DNA from: a virus
Lineage: Duplodnaviria > Heunggongvirae > Uroviricota > Caudoviricetes > Peduoviridae
Virus record (IMG/VR): IMGVR_UViG_638275546_000001
DNA length: 30,728 nt
Strand: one strand, 5' to 3'
Made by a program: the position numbers and the translations under genes. Below, piece by piece: positions 1-9,435 of the stretch (the first letter of the stretch is position 1; every line of letters begins with the position of its first letter). Below the pieces are notes generated by a model. The model was given only the letters and a program-made list of their open reading frames with translations, was not told where the DNA came from and did no database searches.

Positions 1-19
1 GGCGAGGCGGGGAAAGCAC
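1..19. repeat. cos: Left copy of 19-nt cohesive end (cos), GGCGAGGCGGGGAAAGCAC, identical to 30710..30728
   Basis: Exact 19-nt sequence at both ends of the window; I recognise it as the P2 cohesive-end sequence (recollection, not searched). GC/GT-rich packaging region follows at about 20..160. Confidence 0.85.
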
Positions 20-161
20 TGCGCGCTGGCGGTGGTGCGGATTTTATTTTTTCAGCGTCTGAGCGTGTCGTGACGGCGTTTAGATTGTGCGCCGGGGCAT
101 TGGTGTGTCTGCGGGGTGTTTTGTGCGGTGGTGAGCGTGTGAGGGCGTGATGACGGGATAT

Positions 162-183
162 AAAAAAGCCGCCCGCAGGCGGC
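162..183 (-). terminator. Rho-independent terminator downstream of Q (end of leftward P-Q operon)
   Basis: On the minus strand: GCCGCC-tgcg-GGCGGC stem-loop followed by TTTTTT, a few nt past the Q stop codon. Confidence 0.7.
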
Positions 184-188
184 GATGT

Positions 189-1223
189 TCAGCCGTTGTC
201 AGTGTCCAGTGAGTAGTTTTTAAAGCGGATGACCTCCTGACCGATCCAGCCGTTTATCTCGCGGATCCTATCCTGTAACGGGATAAGCTCATTGCGGACA
301 AAGACCTTTGCCACTTTCTCAATATCGCCCAGTGACCCGACGTTCTCCGGCTTGCCGCCCATCAACTGAAAGGGGATGCGGTGCGCGTCCAGCAGGTCAG
401 CGGCGCTGGCTTTTTTGATATTAAAAAAATCGTCCTTCGTTGCCACTTCACTGAGCGGGATAATTTTGATGCCGTCGGCTTTCCCCTGTGGGGCATAGAG
501 AAACAGATTTTTAAAGTTGTTGCGGCCTTTCGACTTCACCATGTTTTCGCGGAGCATTTCGATATCGTTGCGATCCTGCACGGCATCAGTGACGTACATG
601 ATATATCCGGCATGAGCGCCGTTTTCGTAATACTTGCGGCGGAACAGCGTGGCCGACTCATTCAGCCAGGCAGAGTTAAGGGCGCTGAGATATTCCGGCA
701 GGCCGTACAGCTCCTGATTAATATCCGGCTCCAGCAGATGAAACACGGAGCCGGGCGCGAAGGCTGTCGGCTCGTTGAAGGACGGCACCCACCAGTAAAC
801 ATCCTCTTCCACGCCACGACGGGTATATTTCGCCGGTGAGGTTTCCAGTCTGATGACCTTACCGGTGGTGCTGTAGCGCTTTTCCAGAAACGCATTACCG
901 AACACCAGAAAATCCAGCACAAAGCGGCTGAAATCCTGCTGGGAAAGCCACGGGTGCGGGATAAACGTTGAAGCCAGAATATTACGTTTGACGTAAATCG
1001 GTGAGCTGTGATGCACGGCAGCACGCAGACTTTTTGCCAGACCGGTAAAGCTGACCGGCGGCTCATACCATCTGCCGTTACTGATGCATTCGACGTAATC
1101 CAGAATGTCACGGCGGTCGAGTACCGGCACCGGCTCGCCAAAGGTGAATGCCTCCATTTTCGGGGCGCTGGCGGTCATTGTTTTTGCCGCAGGTTGCGGT
1201 GTTTTCCCTTTTTTCTTGCTCAT
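189..1223 (-). CDS. Q: Portal protein
   Basis: 344-aa ORF with ATG start; sequence recognised as P2 gpQ-like portal; first gene after cos on the minus strand as in P2; TGATG overlap with P stop. Confidence 0.9.
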   Translation of the reverse strand: MSKKKGKTPQPAAKTMTASAPKMEAFTFGEPVPVLDRRDILDYVECISNGRWYEPPVSFTGLAKSLRAAVHHSSPIYVKRNILASTFIPHPWLSQQDFSRFVLDFLVFGNAFLEKRYSTTGKVIRLETSPAKYTRRGVEEDVYWWVPSFNEPTAFAPGSVFHLLEPDINQELYGLPEYLSALNSAWLNESATLFRRKYYENGAHAGYIMYVTDAVQDRNDIEMLRENMVKSKGRNNFKNLFLYAPQGKADGIKIIPLSEVATKDDFFNIKKASAADLLDAHRIPFQLMGGKPENVGSLGDIEKVAKVFVRNELIPLQDRIREINGWIGQEVIRFKNYSLDTDNG

Positions 1224-2995
1224 CAGTAAAACTCCAGAATGGTGGATGTCAGCGGGGTGCTGATACCGGCGGTGAGTGGCTCATTTAACAGGGCGTGCAT
1301 GGTCGCCCAGGCGAGGTCGGCGTGGCTGGCTTCCTCGCTGCGGCTGGCCTCATAGGTGGCGCTGCGTCCGCTGCTGGTCATGGTCTTGCGGATAGCCATA
1401 AACGAGCTGGTGATGTCGGTGGCGCTGACGTCATATTCCAGACAGCCACGGCGGATAACGTCTTTTGCCTTGAGCACCATTGCGGTTTTCATTTCCGGTG
1501 TGTAGCGGATATCGCGCGCGGCAGGATAGAACGAGCGCACGAGCTGGAACACGCCGACACCGAGGCCGGTGGCATCAATACCGATGTATTCGACGTTATA
1601 TTTTTCGGTGAGTTTGCGGATGGATTCAGCCTGGGTGGCAAAGTCCATGCCTTTCCACTGGTGACGCTCAAGTATTCTGAATTTGCCACCGGCCACCACC
1701 GGCGGTGCCAGTACCACGCATCCGGCACTGTCGCCACGGTGTGACGGGTCGTAACCAATCCATACCGGGCGGGAGCCGAACGGATTGGCGGCAAAGGGTG
1801 CATAGTCTTCCCATTCTTCCAGCGTGTCGACCATGCAGCGTTGCAGCTCCTCGAACGGGAACACCGATGCCTTGTCGTCAACAAATTCACACATGAACAG
1901 GTTTTTAAAATCGTCGGCGCTGTTTTCGCGTTTGAGCTGCTCAATGTCGAACAGCGTGCAGCCGCCTTTCAGGGCGTCCTCAATGGTGACAATCTGCCGC
2001 CACTGGCCGTCCGCACAGAGAAGACCTCCGGCAAGGGCGTTATGACTGACGTCGATTTCCACGCGTTCGGCGGCGCTGGCGCGTCCCCGGTTGAACAGTT
2101 CACCCGACCAGAACGGGTAGGCGTCGTGCGCCAGCGTGGACGGGGTGGAGAAATAGGTCGAGCGCAGGTGGCTCTGTGAGGCCATACCTGATGCCACCTT
2201 ACGCAGTACCTGAAAATTCGGGATCCAGAAAATCTCGTCGACGTACAGGTCGCCGTTATGGCTCTGTGCGGTGTTGGAGTTGGTGCCGAGAAAAATCAGT
2301 TTTGCGCCGTTATTGCCCAGGACAATCGGGTCACCGGTCAGGTCAACGTCAACCAGACGGGCAAAGGCGATGATGTATTCGCGGAACACATACGCCTGCG
2401 TTTTACTGGCCGACAGAAAAATCTGGTTATGACCGGTTTTCAGGGCACGCAGCAGCGCCTCGCGGGAAAAATAAAACGTCGCGCCAATCTGGCGGGATTT
2501 CAGGATATCTCGGATGCGGTGCTCAAGCCCGGCGCGATACCAGTGCAACTGATATTCGAAAGACTGCTCAAAGAAAATCTGCTCCAGCTTTTCGATGGCC
2601 TCGTCACTGAAAAAATTCTTTTTCGGTTTGCGACGCCCGCCTTTGTTGCGGTTAGCGACGTTCGGATTAAGGTCTGCCTCGTTGCCGGTCTGACTGTAGC
2701 GGTTGACCCGTGCCAGTCGTTCAATCTGGCGTCCCAGCAGGTCAATTTCCTTGAAGTCACCGCCGGTTTTCTGCGGTTTGATGATGAGCTGGGTCAGCCG
2801 CGCTTCCAGACTCATTTCGACACGGCTGATGGGGGCAACGCTGTCCCAGCCGTCGCGCTGTTTCCAGCTCTGCACCGTCGGGCGTTTCATCTGCAACATG
2901 GCGGCAATCTGCGGCACGGAAAACCCCTGCCAGTACAGCAGCGCCGCCTGACGACGCGGGTCGTGTAAAAGAGTGGTGTCTGTGGTGATGGTCAT
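1223..2995 (-). CDS. P: Terminase large (ATPase) subunit
   Basis: ORF track gives 1223..3025; I place the start at the internal ATG (MTITTDTTLL..., 590 aa) preceded by GGCGAGGT; sequence recognised as P2 gpP-like. Confidence 0.88.
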   Translation of the reverse strand: MTITTDTTLLHDPRRQAALLYWQGFSVPQIAAMLQMKRPTVQSWKQRDGWDSVAPISRVEMSLEARLTQLIIKPQKTGGDFKEIDLLGRQIERLARVNRYSQTGNEADLNPNVANRNKGGRRKPKKNFFSDEAIEKLEQIFFEQSFEYQLHWYRAGLEHRIRDILKSRQIGATFYFSREALLRALKTGHNQIFLSASKTQAYVFREYIIAFARLVDVDLTGDPIVLGNNGAKLIFLGTNSNTAQSHNGDLYVDEIFWIPNFQVLRKVASGMASQSHLRSTYFSTPSTLAHDAYPFWSGELFNRGRASAAERVEIDVSHNALAGGLLCADGQWRQIVTIEDALKGGCTLFDIEQLKRENSADDFKNLFMCEFVDDKASVFPFEELQRCMVDTLEEWEDYAPFAANPFGSRPVWIGYDPSHRGDSAGCVVLAPPVVAGGKFRILERHQWKGMDFATQAESIRKLTEKYNVEYIGIDATGLGVGVFQLVRSFYPAARDIRYTPEMKTAMVLKAKDVIRRGCLEYDVSATDITSSFMAIRKTMTSSGRSATYEASRSEEASHADLAWATMHALLNEPLTAGISTPLTSTILEFY

Positions 2996-3025
2996 GAATA
3001 CCTCGCCGTGATGAATACACGGCAA

Positions 3026-3168
3026 GGCTACTGAGTCGCGCCCCGCGATTCGCTAAGGTGCTGTTGTGTCAGTGATAAGCAATCCGGGACTGATGGCGGA
3101 GGATGCGCATCGTCGGGAAACTGATGCCGACATGTGACTCCTCTAATCACTATTCAGGACTCCTGACA
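3026..3168. promoter_or_regulatory. Divergent late-promoter region between P (leftward) and O (rightward)
   Basis: Intergenic position between divergent late operons as in P2; contains dyad elements (TTG-N13-CAA around 3064..3083; TGTGA-N9-TCAC around 3129..3147) that could be Ogr-dependent activator sites. Exact promoters not determinable by eye. Confidence 0.45.
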
Positions 3169-4023
3169 ATGGCAAAAAAAGTCTCAAAATTCTTTCGTAT
3201 CGGCGTTGAGGGTGACACCTGTGACGGGCGTGTCATCAGTGCGCAGGATATTCAGGAAATGGCCGAAACCTTTGACCCGCGTGTCTATGGTTGCCGCATT
3301 AACCTGGAACATCTGCGCGGCATCCTGCCTGACGGTATTTTTAAGCGTTATGGCGATGTGGCCGAACTGAAGGCCGAAAAGATTGACGATGATTCGGCGC
3401 TGAAAGGCAAATGGGCGCTGTTTGCGAAAATCACCCCGACCGATGACCTTATCGCGATGAACAAGGCCGCGCAGAAGGTCTACACCTCAATGGAAATTCA
3501 GCCGAACTTTGCCAACACCGGCAAATGTTATCTGGTGGGGCTGGCCGTCACCGATGACCCGGCAAGCCTCGGCACGGAATACCTGGAATTCTGCCGCACG
3601 GCAAAACACAACCCCCTGAACCGCTTCAAATTAAGCCCTGAAAACCTGATTTCAGTGGCAACGCCCGTTGAGCTGGAATTTGAAGACCTGCCTGAAACCG
3701 TGTTCACCGCCCTGACCGAAAAGGTGAAATCCATTTTTGGCCGCAAACAGGCCAGCGATGACGCCCGTCTGAATGACGTGCATGAAGCGGTGACCGCTGT
3801 TGCTGAACATGTGCAGGAAAAACTGAGCGCCACTGAGCAGCGCCTCGCTGAGATGGAAACCGCCTTTTCCGCACTTAAGCAGGAGGTGACTGACAGGGCG
3901 GATGAAACCAGCCAGGCATTCACCCGCCTGAAAAACAGCCTCGACCACACCGAAAGTCTGACCCAGCAGCGCCGCAGCAAGGCCACCGGCGGTGGCGGTG
4001 ACGCCCTGATGACGAACTGCTGA
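3169..4023 (+). CDS. O: Capsid scaffolding protein
   Basis: Start taken at internal ATG (MAKKVSKFFRIGVEGD..., 284 aa) rather than the ORF-track start at 3103; sequence recognised as P2 gpO-like; coiled-coil-rich C-terminus. Confidence 0.9.
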   Translation: MAKKVSKFFRIGVEGDTCDGRVISAQDIQEMAETFDPRVYGCRINLEHLRGILPDGIFKRYGDVAELKAEKIDDDSALKGKWALFAKITPTDDLIAMNKAAQKVYTSMEIQPNFANTGKCYLVGLAVTDDPASLGTEYLEFCRTAKHNPLNRFKLSPENLISVATPVELEFEDLPETVFTALTEKVKSIFGRKQASDDARLNDVHEAVTAVAEHVQEKLSATEQRLAEMETAFSALKQEVTDRADETSQAFTRLKNSLDHTESLTQQRRSKATGGGGDALMTNC

Positions 4024-4081
4024 CCGGCGTCAGTCAGTCCGGAAAAACCTTCACGATTAACCCTTAATTTCAGGAAAAACT

Positions 4082-5155
4082 ATGCGCCAGGAAACCCGCT
4101 TTAAATTTAATGCCTACCTGTCCCGTGTTGCCGAACTGAACGGCATCGACGCCGGTGATGTGTCGAAAAAATTCACCGTTGAACCGTCGGTCACCCAGAC
4201 CCTGATGAACACCATGCAGGAGTCCTCTGATTTCCTGACCCGCATCAACATTGTGCCGGTCAGCGAAATGAAAGGGGAAAAAATTGGCATCGGTGTCACC
4301 GGCTCCATCGCCAGCACCACCGACACCGCCGGTGGCACCGAGCGTCAGCCGAAGGACTTCTCGAAGCTGGCGTCAAACAAGTACGAATGCGACCAGATTA
4401 ACTTCGATTTTTATATCCGCTACAAAACGCTTGACCTGTGGGCGCGTTATCAGGATTTCCAGCTCCGTGTCCGTAACGCCATTATCAAACGCCAGTCCCT
4501 TGATTTCATCATGGCCGGTTTTAACGGCGTGAAGCGTGCCGAAACCTCTGACCGCAGCAGCAATCCGATGCTGCAGGATGTGGCGGTCGGCTGGCTGCAG
4601 AAATACCGCAATGAAGCCCCGGCGCGCGTGATGAGCAAGGTCACTGACGAGGAAGGGCACACCACCTCTGAGGTCATCCGCGTGGGTAAGGGCGGTGATT
4701 ATGCCAGCCTCGATGCACTGGTGATGGATGCGACCAACAATCTGATTGAGCCGTGGTATCAGGAAGACCCTGACCTTGTGGTGATTGTGGGGCGTCAGCT
4801 GCTGGCGGACAAATATTTCCCCATCGTCAACAAGGAGCAGGACAACAGCGAAATGCTGGCCGCTGACGTCATCATCAGCCAGAAACGCATCGGTAACCTG
4901 CCGGCGGTACGCGTCCCGTACTTCCCGGCGGATGCGATGCTCATCACGAAGCTGGAAAACCTGTCCATCTACTACATGGATGACAGCCATCGCCGCGTGA
5001 TTGAGGAAAACCCGAAACTCGACCGCGTGGAGAACTACGAGTCAATGAACATTGATTACGTGGTGGAAGACTACGCCGCCGGTTGTCTGGTGGAAAAAAT
5101 TAAGGTCGGTGATTTCTCCACACCGGCTAAGGCGACCGAAGAGCCGGGAGCGTAA
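4082..5155 (+). CDS. N: Major capsid protein
   Basis: 357-aa ORF, ATG start, recognised as P2 gpN-like; follows scaffold gene. Confidence 0.92.
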   Translation: MRQETRFKFNAYLSRVAELNGIDAGDVSKKFTVEPSVTQTLMNTMQESSDFLTRINIVPVSEMKGEKIGIGVTGSIASTTDTAGGTERQPKDFSKLASNKYECDQINFDFYIRYKTLDLWARYQDFQLRVRNAIIKRQSLDFIMAGFNGVKRAETSDRSSNPMLQDVAVGWLQKYRNEAPARVMSKVTDEEGHTTSEVIRVGKGGDYASLDALVMDATNNLIEPWYQEDPDLVVIVGRQLLADKYFPIVNKEQDNSEMLAADVIISQKRIGNLPAVRVPYFPADAMLITKLENLSIYYMDDSHRRVIEENPKLDRVENYESMNIDYVVEDYAAGCLVEKIKVGDFSTPAKATEEPGA

Positions 5156-5158
5156 CCG

Positions 5159-5902
5159 ATGACGAGTCCCGCACAGCGCCACATGATGCGGGTCTCGGCA
5201 GCGATGACCGCGCAGCGGGAAGCCGCCCCGCTGCGACATGCAACTGTCTATGAGCAGATGCTGGTTAAGCTCGCCGCAGACCAGCGCACACTGAAAGCGA
5301 TTTATTCAAAAGAGCTTAAGGCCGCGAAAAAACGCGAACTGCTGCCGTTCTGGTTGCCGTGGGTGAACGGCGTGCTGGAGCAGGGCAAAGGTGCACAGGA
5401 TGACATTCTGATGACGGTCATGCTGTGGCGTCTGGATACCGGCGATATTGCCGGTGCGCTGGAGATTGCCCGTTATGCCCTGAAGTACGGTCTGACCATG
5501 CCGGGTAAACACCGCCGCACCCCGCCGTACATGTTCACCGAGGAGGTGGCGCTTGCGGCCATGCGCGCTCACGCTGCCGGTGAGTCTGTGAATCCCCGCC
5601 TGCTGACGGACACCCTTGAACTGACCGCCACGGCTGACATGCCTGATGAAGTGCGCGCAAAGCTGCACAAAATCACCGGTCTGTTTCTGCGTGACGCTGG
5701 TGATGCCGCAGGGGCGCTGGCGCACCTGCAACGTGCGACACAGCTCGACTGTCAGGCAGGCGTCAAAAAAGAGATTGAACGACTGGAGCGGGAGCTGAAA
5801 CCGAAGCCGGAGCCGCAGCCAAAAGCGGTCACCCGCGCCCCGCGTAAGACCCGGAGCGTGACACCGGCAAAACGTGGACGCCCGAAAAAGAAAGCCAGTT
5901 AA
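5159..5902 (+). CDS. M: Terminase small (endonuclease) subunit
   Basis: 247-aa ORF with basic proline-rich C-terminal tail; P2 gpM-like by sequence and position. Confidence 0.88.
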   Translation: MTSPAQRHMMRVSAAMTAQREAAPLRHATVYEQMLVKLAADQRTLKAIYSKELKAAKKRELLPFWLPWVNGVLEQGKGAQDDILMTVMLWRLDTGDIAGALEIARYALKYGLTMPGKHRRTPPYMFTEEVALAAMRAHAAGESVNPRLLTDTLELTATADMPDEVRAKLHKITGLFLRDAGDAAGALAHLQRATQLDCQAGVKKEIERLERELKPKPEPQPKAVTRAPRKTRSVTPAKRGRPKKKAS

Positions 5903-6001
5903 CAACCGAATGCGCCCCGCGCCAGGGCGGCACGCCGGTCAGTGAGGGTGAATCACCTGACACTGCACCGGCGTCCACCGCCCGACTTTTCAGAGGTAGT
6001 C

Positions 6002-6511
6002 ATGATGACGCTGATTATTCCGCGAAAGGAGGCTCCCGTGTCCGGTGAGGGGACGGTGGTCATCCCGCAACCGGCAGGCGACGAGCCGGTGATTAAAAAC
6101 ACGTTCTTTTTTCCCGATATCGACCCGAAGCGCGTCCGGGAACGTATGCGCCTTGAGCAGACCGTCGCCCCCGCCCGTCTGCGTGAGGCCATCAAGTCAG
6201 GCATGGCGGAGACGAATGCGGAGCTGTACGAATACCGCGAACAGAAAATTGCCGCCGGTTTTACGTGTCTGGCGGACGTTCCGGCGGACGACATCGACGG
6301 TGAAAGCATCAAAGTTTTTTACTACGAGCGCGCCGTGTGTGCGATGGCGACCGCATCGCTTTATGAGCGTTATCGCGGCGTGGATGCCAGTGCGAAAGGC
6401 GACAAGAAGGCTGACAGCATTGACAGCACCATTGATGAGCTGTGGCGGGATATGCGCTGGGCGGTGGCGCGCATCCAGGACAAGCCGCGCTGCATCGTGA
6501 GTCAAATCTGA
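6002..6511 (+). CDS. L: Head completion/stabilisation protein
   Basis: Start at internal ATG (MMTLIIPRKEAP..., 169 aa); P2 gpL-like; stop overlaps X start. Confidence 0.88.
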   Translation: MMTLIIPRKEAPVSGEGTVVIPQPAGDEPVIKNTFFFPDIDPKRVRERMRLEQTVAPARLREAIKSGMAETNAELYEYREQKIAAGFTCLADVPADDIDGESIKVFYYERAVCAMATASLYERYRGVDASAKGDKKADSIDSTIDELWRDMRWAVARIQDKPRCIVSQI

Positions 6512-6714
6512 TGAAGACCTTTGCGCTACAGGGCGACACGCTCGACGCCATTTGTGTCCGGTATTACGGGCGCACTGAGGGCGTGGTTGAGACCGTGCTC
6601 GCCGCAAATCCGGGACTGGCTGAACTGGGTGTGGTGCTGCCACACGGCACCGCCGTCGAACTGCCCGATGTTCAGACCGCGCCCGTGGCTGAAACTGTCA
6701 ATCTGTGGGAGTAA
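6511..6714 (+). CDS. X: Tail protein X (LysM-like small protein)
   Basis: Start at internal ATG (MKTFALQGDTLDAICVRYYG..., 67 aa); P2 gpX-like. Confidence 0.85.
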   Translation: MKTFALQGDTLDAICVRYYGRTEGVVETVLAANPGLAELGVVLPHGTAVELPDVQTAPVAETVNLWE

Positions 6715-6717
6715 CGC

Positions 6718-6999
6718 ATGACAGCAGAAGAAAAAAGCGTCCTGTCGCTTTTCATGATTGGGGTGCTGATTGTTGTCGGCAAGGTGCTTGCCGGTGGTGA
6801 ACCCATCACCCCGCGTCTGTTTATCGGGCGCATGTTGCTCGGTGGTTTTGTCTCGATGGTTGCCGGTGTTGTTCTGGTGCAGTTTCCTGACCTGTCACTG
6901 CCTGCGGTGTGCGGCATCGGCTCCATGCTGGGTATCGCCGGTTATCAGGTGATTGAGATTGCCATTCAGCGCCGCTTTAAGGGCAGGGGGAAACCGTAA
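6718..6999 (+). CDS. Y: Holin
   Basis: 93-aa protein with hydrophobic membrane segments and charged C-terminus, immediately upstream of the endolysin; P2 gpY-like. Confidence 0.88.
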   Translation: MTAEEKSVLSLFMIGVLIVVGKVLAGGEPITPRLFIGRMLLGGFVSMVAGVVLVQFPDLSLPAVCGIGSMLGIAGYQVIEIAIQRRFKGRGKP

Positions 7000-7496
7000 T
7001 GCCGGTAATTAACACGCATCAGAATATCGCCGCCTTTCTCGACATGCTGGCAGTGTCCGAAGGGACGGCGAATCATCCGCTGACGAAAAACCGGGGCTAT
7101 GACGTGATAGTCACCGGACTGGACGGGAAGCCGGAAATTTTCACCGACTACAGTGACCACCCGTTCGCGCATGGCCGACCGGCGAAGGTGTTTAACCGTC
7201 GCGGTGAAAAATCCACGGCCTCCGGTCGCTATCAGCAGCTTTACCTGTTCTGGCCGCATTACCGCAAACAGCTTGCCCTGCCGGATTTCAGTCCGTTGTC
7301 ACAGGACAGGCTCGCCATTCAGTTGATCCGCGAACGCGGTGCGCTGGATGACATCCGGGCGGGACGCATTGAGCGCGCCATTTCACGCTGTCGCAATATC
7401 TGGGCGTCCCTGCCGGGTGCCGGTTACGGTCAGCGTGAGCATTCACTGGAAAAACTGGTCACCGTCTGGCGTACCGCTGGCGGCGTACCGGCTTAA
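6999..7496 (+). CDS. K: Endolysin (lysozyme)
   Basis: 165-aa ORF, ATG overlapping Y stop (TAATG); P2 gpK-like lysozyme. Confidence 0.9.
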   Translation: MPVINTHQNIAAFLDMLAVSEGTANHPLTKNRGYDVIVTGLDGKPEIFTDYSDHPFAHGRPAKVFNRRGEKSTASGRYQQLYLFWPHYRKQLALPDFSPLSQDRLAIQLIRERGALDDIRAGRIERAISRCRNIWASLPGAGYGQREHSLEKLVTVWRTAGGVPA

Positions 7497-7510
7497 ACGG
7501 AGTAAACACC

Positions 7511-7936
7511 ATGAAGAAATTATCCCTTTCACTGATGCTGAACGTGTCGCTGGCGCTGATGCCGGCACTGTCCCTGATTTACCCGCAGAGCGTGGCCGTC
7601 AGTTTTGTCGCCACCTGGGCGATTCTGGCGATGGTTATCTGTGTGGTTGCCGGTGGTGTCGGCGTGTATGCCACTGAGTATGTGCTGGAACGCTACGGGC
7701 GGGAGCTGCCGCCGGAATCGCTGGCCGTGAAGATTGTCACGTCGCTGTTTTTGCAGCCGGTGCCGTGGCGCAGACGGGCGGCGGCTCTGATGGTGATGGT
7801 GGCGACGTTTATCTCGCTGGTCGCTGCCGGGTGGATTTTTACCGCGCTGATTTATCTCGTGGCGTCGCTGTTCTTCCGGCTGATATGTACGGCCTGCCGT
7901 CAGCGTCTTGAGGAGCGGGAACCATGTCAAAGCTGA
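7511..7936 (+). CDS. lysA: Lysis timing membrane protein LysA
   Basis: 141-aa highly hydrophobic multi-TM protein after endolysin; P2 LysA-like. Confidence 0.85.
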   Translation: MKKLSLSLMLNVSLALMPALSLIYPQSVAVSFVATWAILAMVICVVAGGVGVYATEYVLERYGRELPPESLAVKIVTSLFLQPVPWRRRAAALMVMVATFISLVAAGWIFTALIYLVASLFFRLICTACRQRLEEREPCQS

Positions 7937-8349
7937 TGATTGTGCTGGTCGTGTTGTTATCGCTGGCGGTGTCCGGTCTGTTTCTGGTGAAACACAAAAA
8001 TGCCAGCCTGCGCGCCTCGCTGGACAGGGCGAATAACGTCGCCAGTGAACAGCAGACGACCATCACCATGCTGAAAAATCAGCTTCATGTTGCCCTCACC
8101 AGGGCAGACAAAAACGAGCTGGCGCAGGTGGCACTGCGTCAGGAACTGGAAAACGCCGCGAAGCGTGAAGCTCAGCGCGAGAAAACCATCACGAGATTAC
8201 TCAATGAAAACGAAGATTTTCGCCGCTGGTACGGTGCTGACCTGCCTGATGCTGTGCGCCGGTTGCACCAGCGCCCGGCCTGCGCAGACGCCAGTGATTG
8301 TCCACAACGCCTGCCCGAAAGTGAGTCTTTGCCCGATGCCGGGCAGTGA
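7924..8349 (+). CDS. lysB: Inner-membrane spanin (Rz-like) LysB
   Basis: 141-aa, N-terminal TM segment followed by coiled-coil/charged region; P2 LysB-like. Confidence 0.85.
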   Translation: MSKLMIVLVVLLSLAVSGLFLVKHKNASLRASLDRANNVASEQQTTITMLKNQLHVALTRADKNELAQVALRQELENAAKREAQREKTITRLLNENEDFRRWYGADLPDAVRRLHQRPACADASDCPQRLPESESLPDAGQ

Positions 8350-8494
8350 CCCGCAGAAGAACGGCGATTTAAGTGCCGATATCCGGCTGCTTGAGAACGC
8401 GCTGGCACGCTGTGCCAGCCAGGTAAAAATGATTAAACACTGTCAGGACGAAAACGATGCTCAAACCCGACAGCCTGCGCAGGGCGCTGACTGA
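8204..8494 (+). CDS. lysC: Outer-membrane lipoprotein spanin (Rz1-like) LysC, nested in the +1 frame of lysB
   Basis: Start at internal ATG of ORF 8087..8494 (MKTKIFAAGTVLTCLMLCAGC..., 96 aa); lipoprotein signal with lipobox LCAGC; begins inside lysB in another frame. Confidence 0.8.
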   Translation: MKTKIFAAGTVLTCLMLCAGCTSARPAQTPVIVHNACPKVSLCPMPGSDPQKNGDLSADIRLLENALARCASQVKMIKHCQDENDAQTRQPAQGAD

Positions 8495-8924
8495 TGCCGT
8501 CACGGTGCTGAAAACTAACCCCGATATGCTGCGGATATTCGTGGATAACGGGAGTATTGCCTCCACACTGGCGACGTCGCTGTCATTCGAAAAGCGTTAC
8601 ACGCTCAATGTGATTGTGACCGACTTTACCGGTGATTTTGACCTGCTCATTGTGCCGGTGCTGGCGTGGCTGCGGGAAAATCAGCCCGACATCATGACCA
8701 CCGACGCAGGCCAGAAAAAGGGCTTCACGTTTTATGCGGACATCAACAATGACAGCAGCTTTGATATCAGCATCAGCCTGATGCTGACCGAGCGAACGCT
8801 GGTCAGTGAGGTGGACGGCGCACTGCATGTGAAGAATATCCCGGAACCCCCGCCGCCGGAGCCGGTCACCCGCCCGATGGAGCTTTATATCAATGGCGAA
8901 CTGGTGAGCAAGTGGGATGAATGA
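8457..8924 (+). CDS. R: Tail completion protein R
   Basis: 155-aa ORF; P2 gpR-like by sequence and order. Confidence 0.88.
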   Translation: MLKPDSLRRALTDAVTVLKTNPDMLRIFVDNGSIASTLATSLSFEKRYTLNVIVTDFTGDFDLLIVPVLAWLRENQPDIMTTDAGQKKGFTFYADINNDSSFDISISLMLTERTLVSEVDGALHVKNIPEPPPPEPVTRPMELYINGELVSKWDE

Positions 8925-9369
8925 GTTTAAGCGTTTTGAAGACCGGCTGACCGGACTGATTGAGTCGCTGTCACCGTCAGGGCGTCGGCGGCTGAGTGCA
9001 GAGCTGGCGAAGCGTCTGCGGCAGAGTCAGCAGCGTCGGGTGATGGCACAGAAAGCCCCGGACGGCACACCCTACGCGCCACGCCAGCAGCAGAGCGCCA
9101 GAAAAAAGACCGGTCGTGTTAAGCGAAAAATGTTTGCGAAACTTATCACCAGTCGTTTTTTGCATATCCGCGCCAGCCCGGAACAGGCATCAATGGAATT
9201 TTACGGCGGGAAGTCGCCGAAAATCGCCAGTGTGCATCAGTTCGGTCTGTCGGAAGAAACCCGGAAAGACGGTAAGAAAATTGATTATCCGGCGCGCCCT
9301 CTGCTCGGCTTCACCGGTGAGGATGTACAGATGATTGAAGAGATTATCCTGGCTCACCTCGACCGTTAG
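8917..9369 (+). CDS. S: Tail completion protein S
   Basis: 150-aa ORF overlapping R stop; P2 gpS-like. Confidence 0.88.
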   Translation: MNEFKRFEDRLTGLIESLSPSGRRRLSAELAKRLRQSQQRRVMAQKAPDGTPYAPRQQQSARKKTGRVKRKMFAKLITSRFLHIRASPEQASMEFYGGKSPKIASVHQFGLSEETRKDGKKIDYPARPLLGFTGEDVQMIEEIILAHLDR

Positions 9370-9401
9370 TTGTGCCATTCCCGACACCTCATCGTCACAT
9401 T

Positions 9402-9435
9402 GCCGCCGGTATGACCCGGCGGCATCCTTCCCGTT
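9402..9435 (+). terminator. Stem-loop between S and V (candidate terminator of the O–S operon / PV region)
   Basis: GCCGCCGG-tatgac-CCGGCGGC 8-bp stem followed by a pyrimidine-rich tract immediately before the V start; a TGT-N10-ACA dyad lies just upstream (9371..9386). Confidence 0.4.

Noticed and set aside
3103-3168. ORF-track N-terminal extensions, here of gene O; similarly for P (to 3025), L (from 5942), X (from 6442), ogr (from 22769), int (to 24352), A (from 26798)
   Set aside because: Extensions begin at non-ATG or poorly placed codons and lack Shine-Dalgarno sequences; internal ATGs with good RBS give proteins matching the expected P2-family sizes.
4373-4990. 205-aa minus-strand ORF inside major capsid gene N
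   Set aside because: Antisense to N; no independent support.
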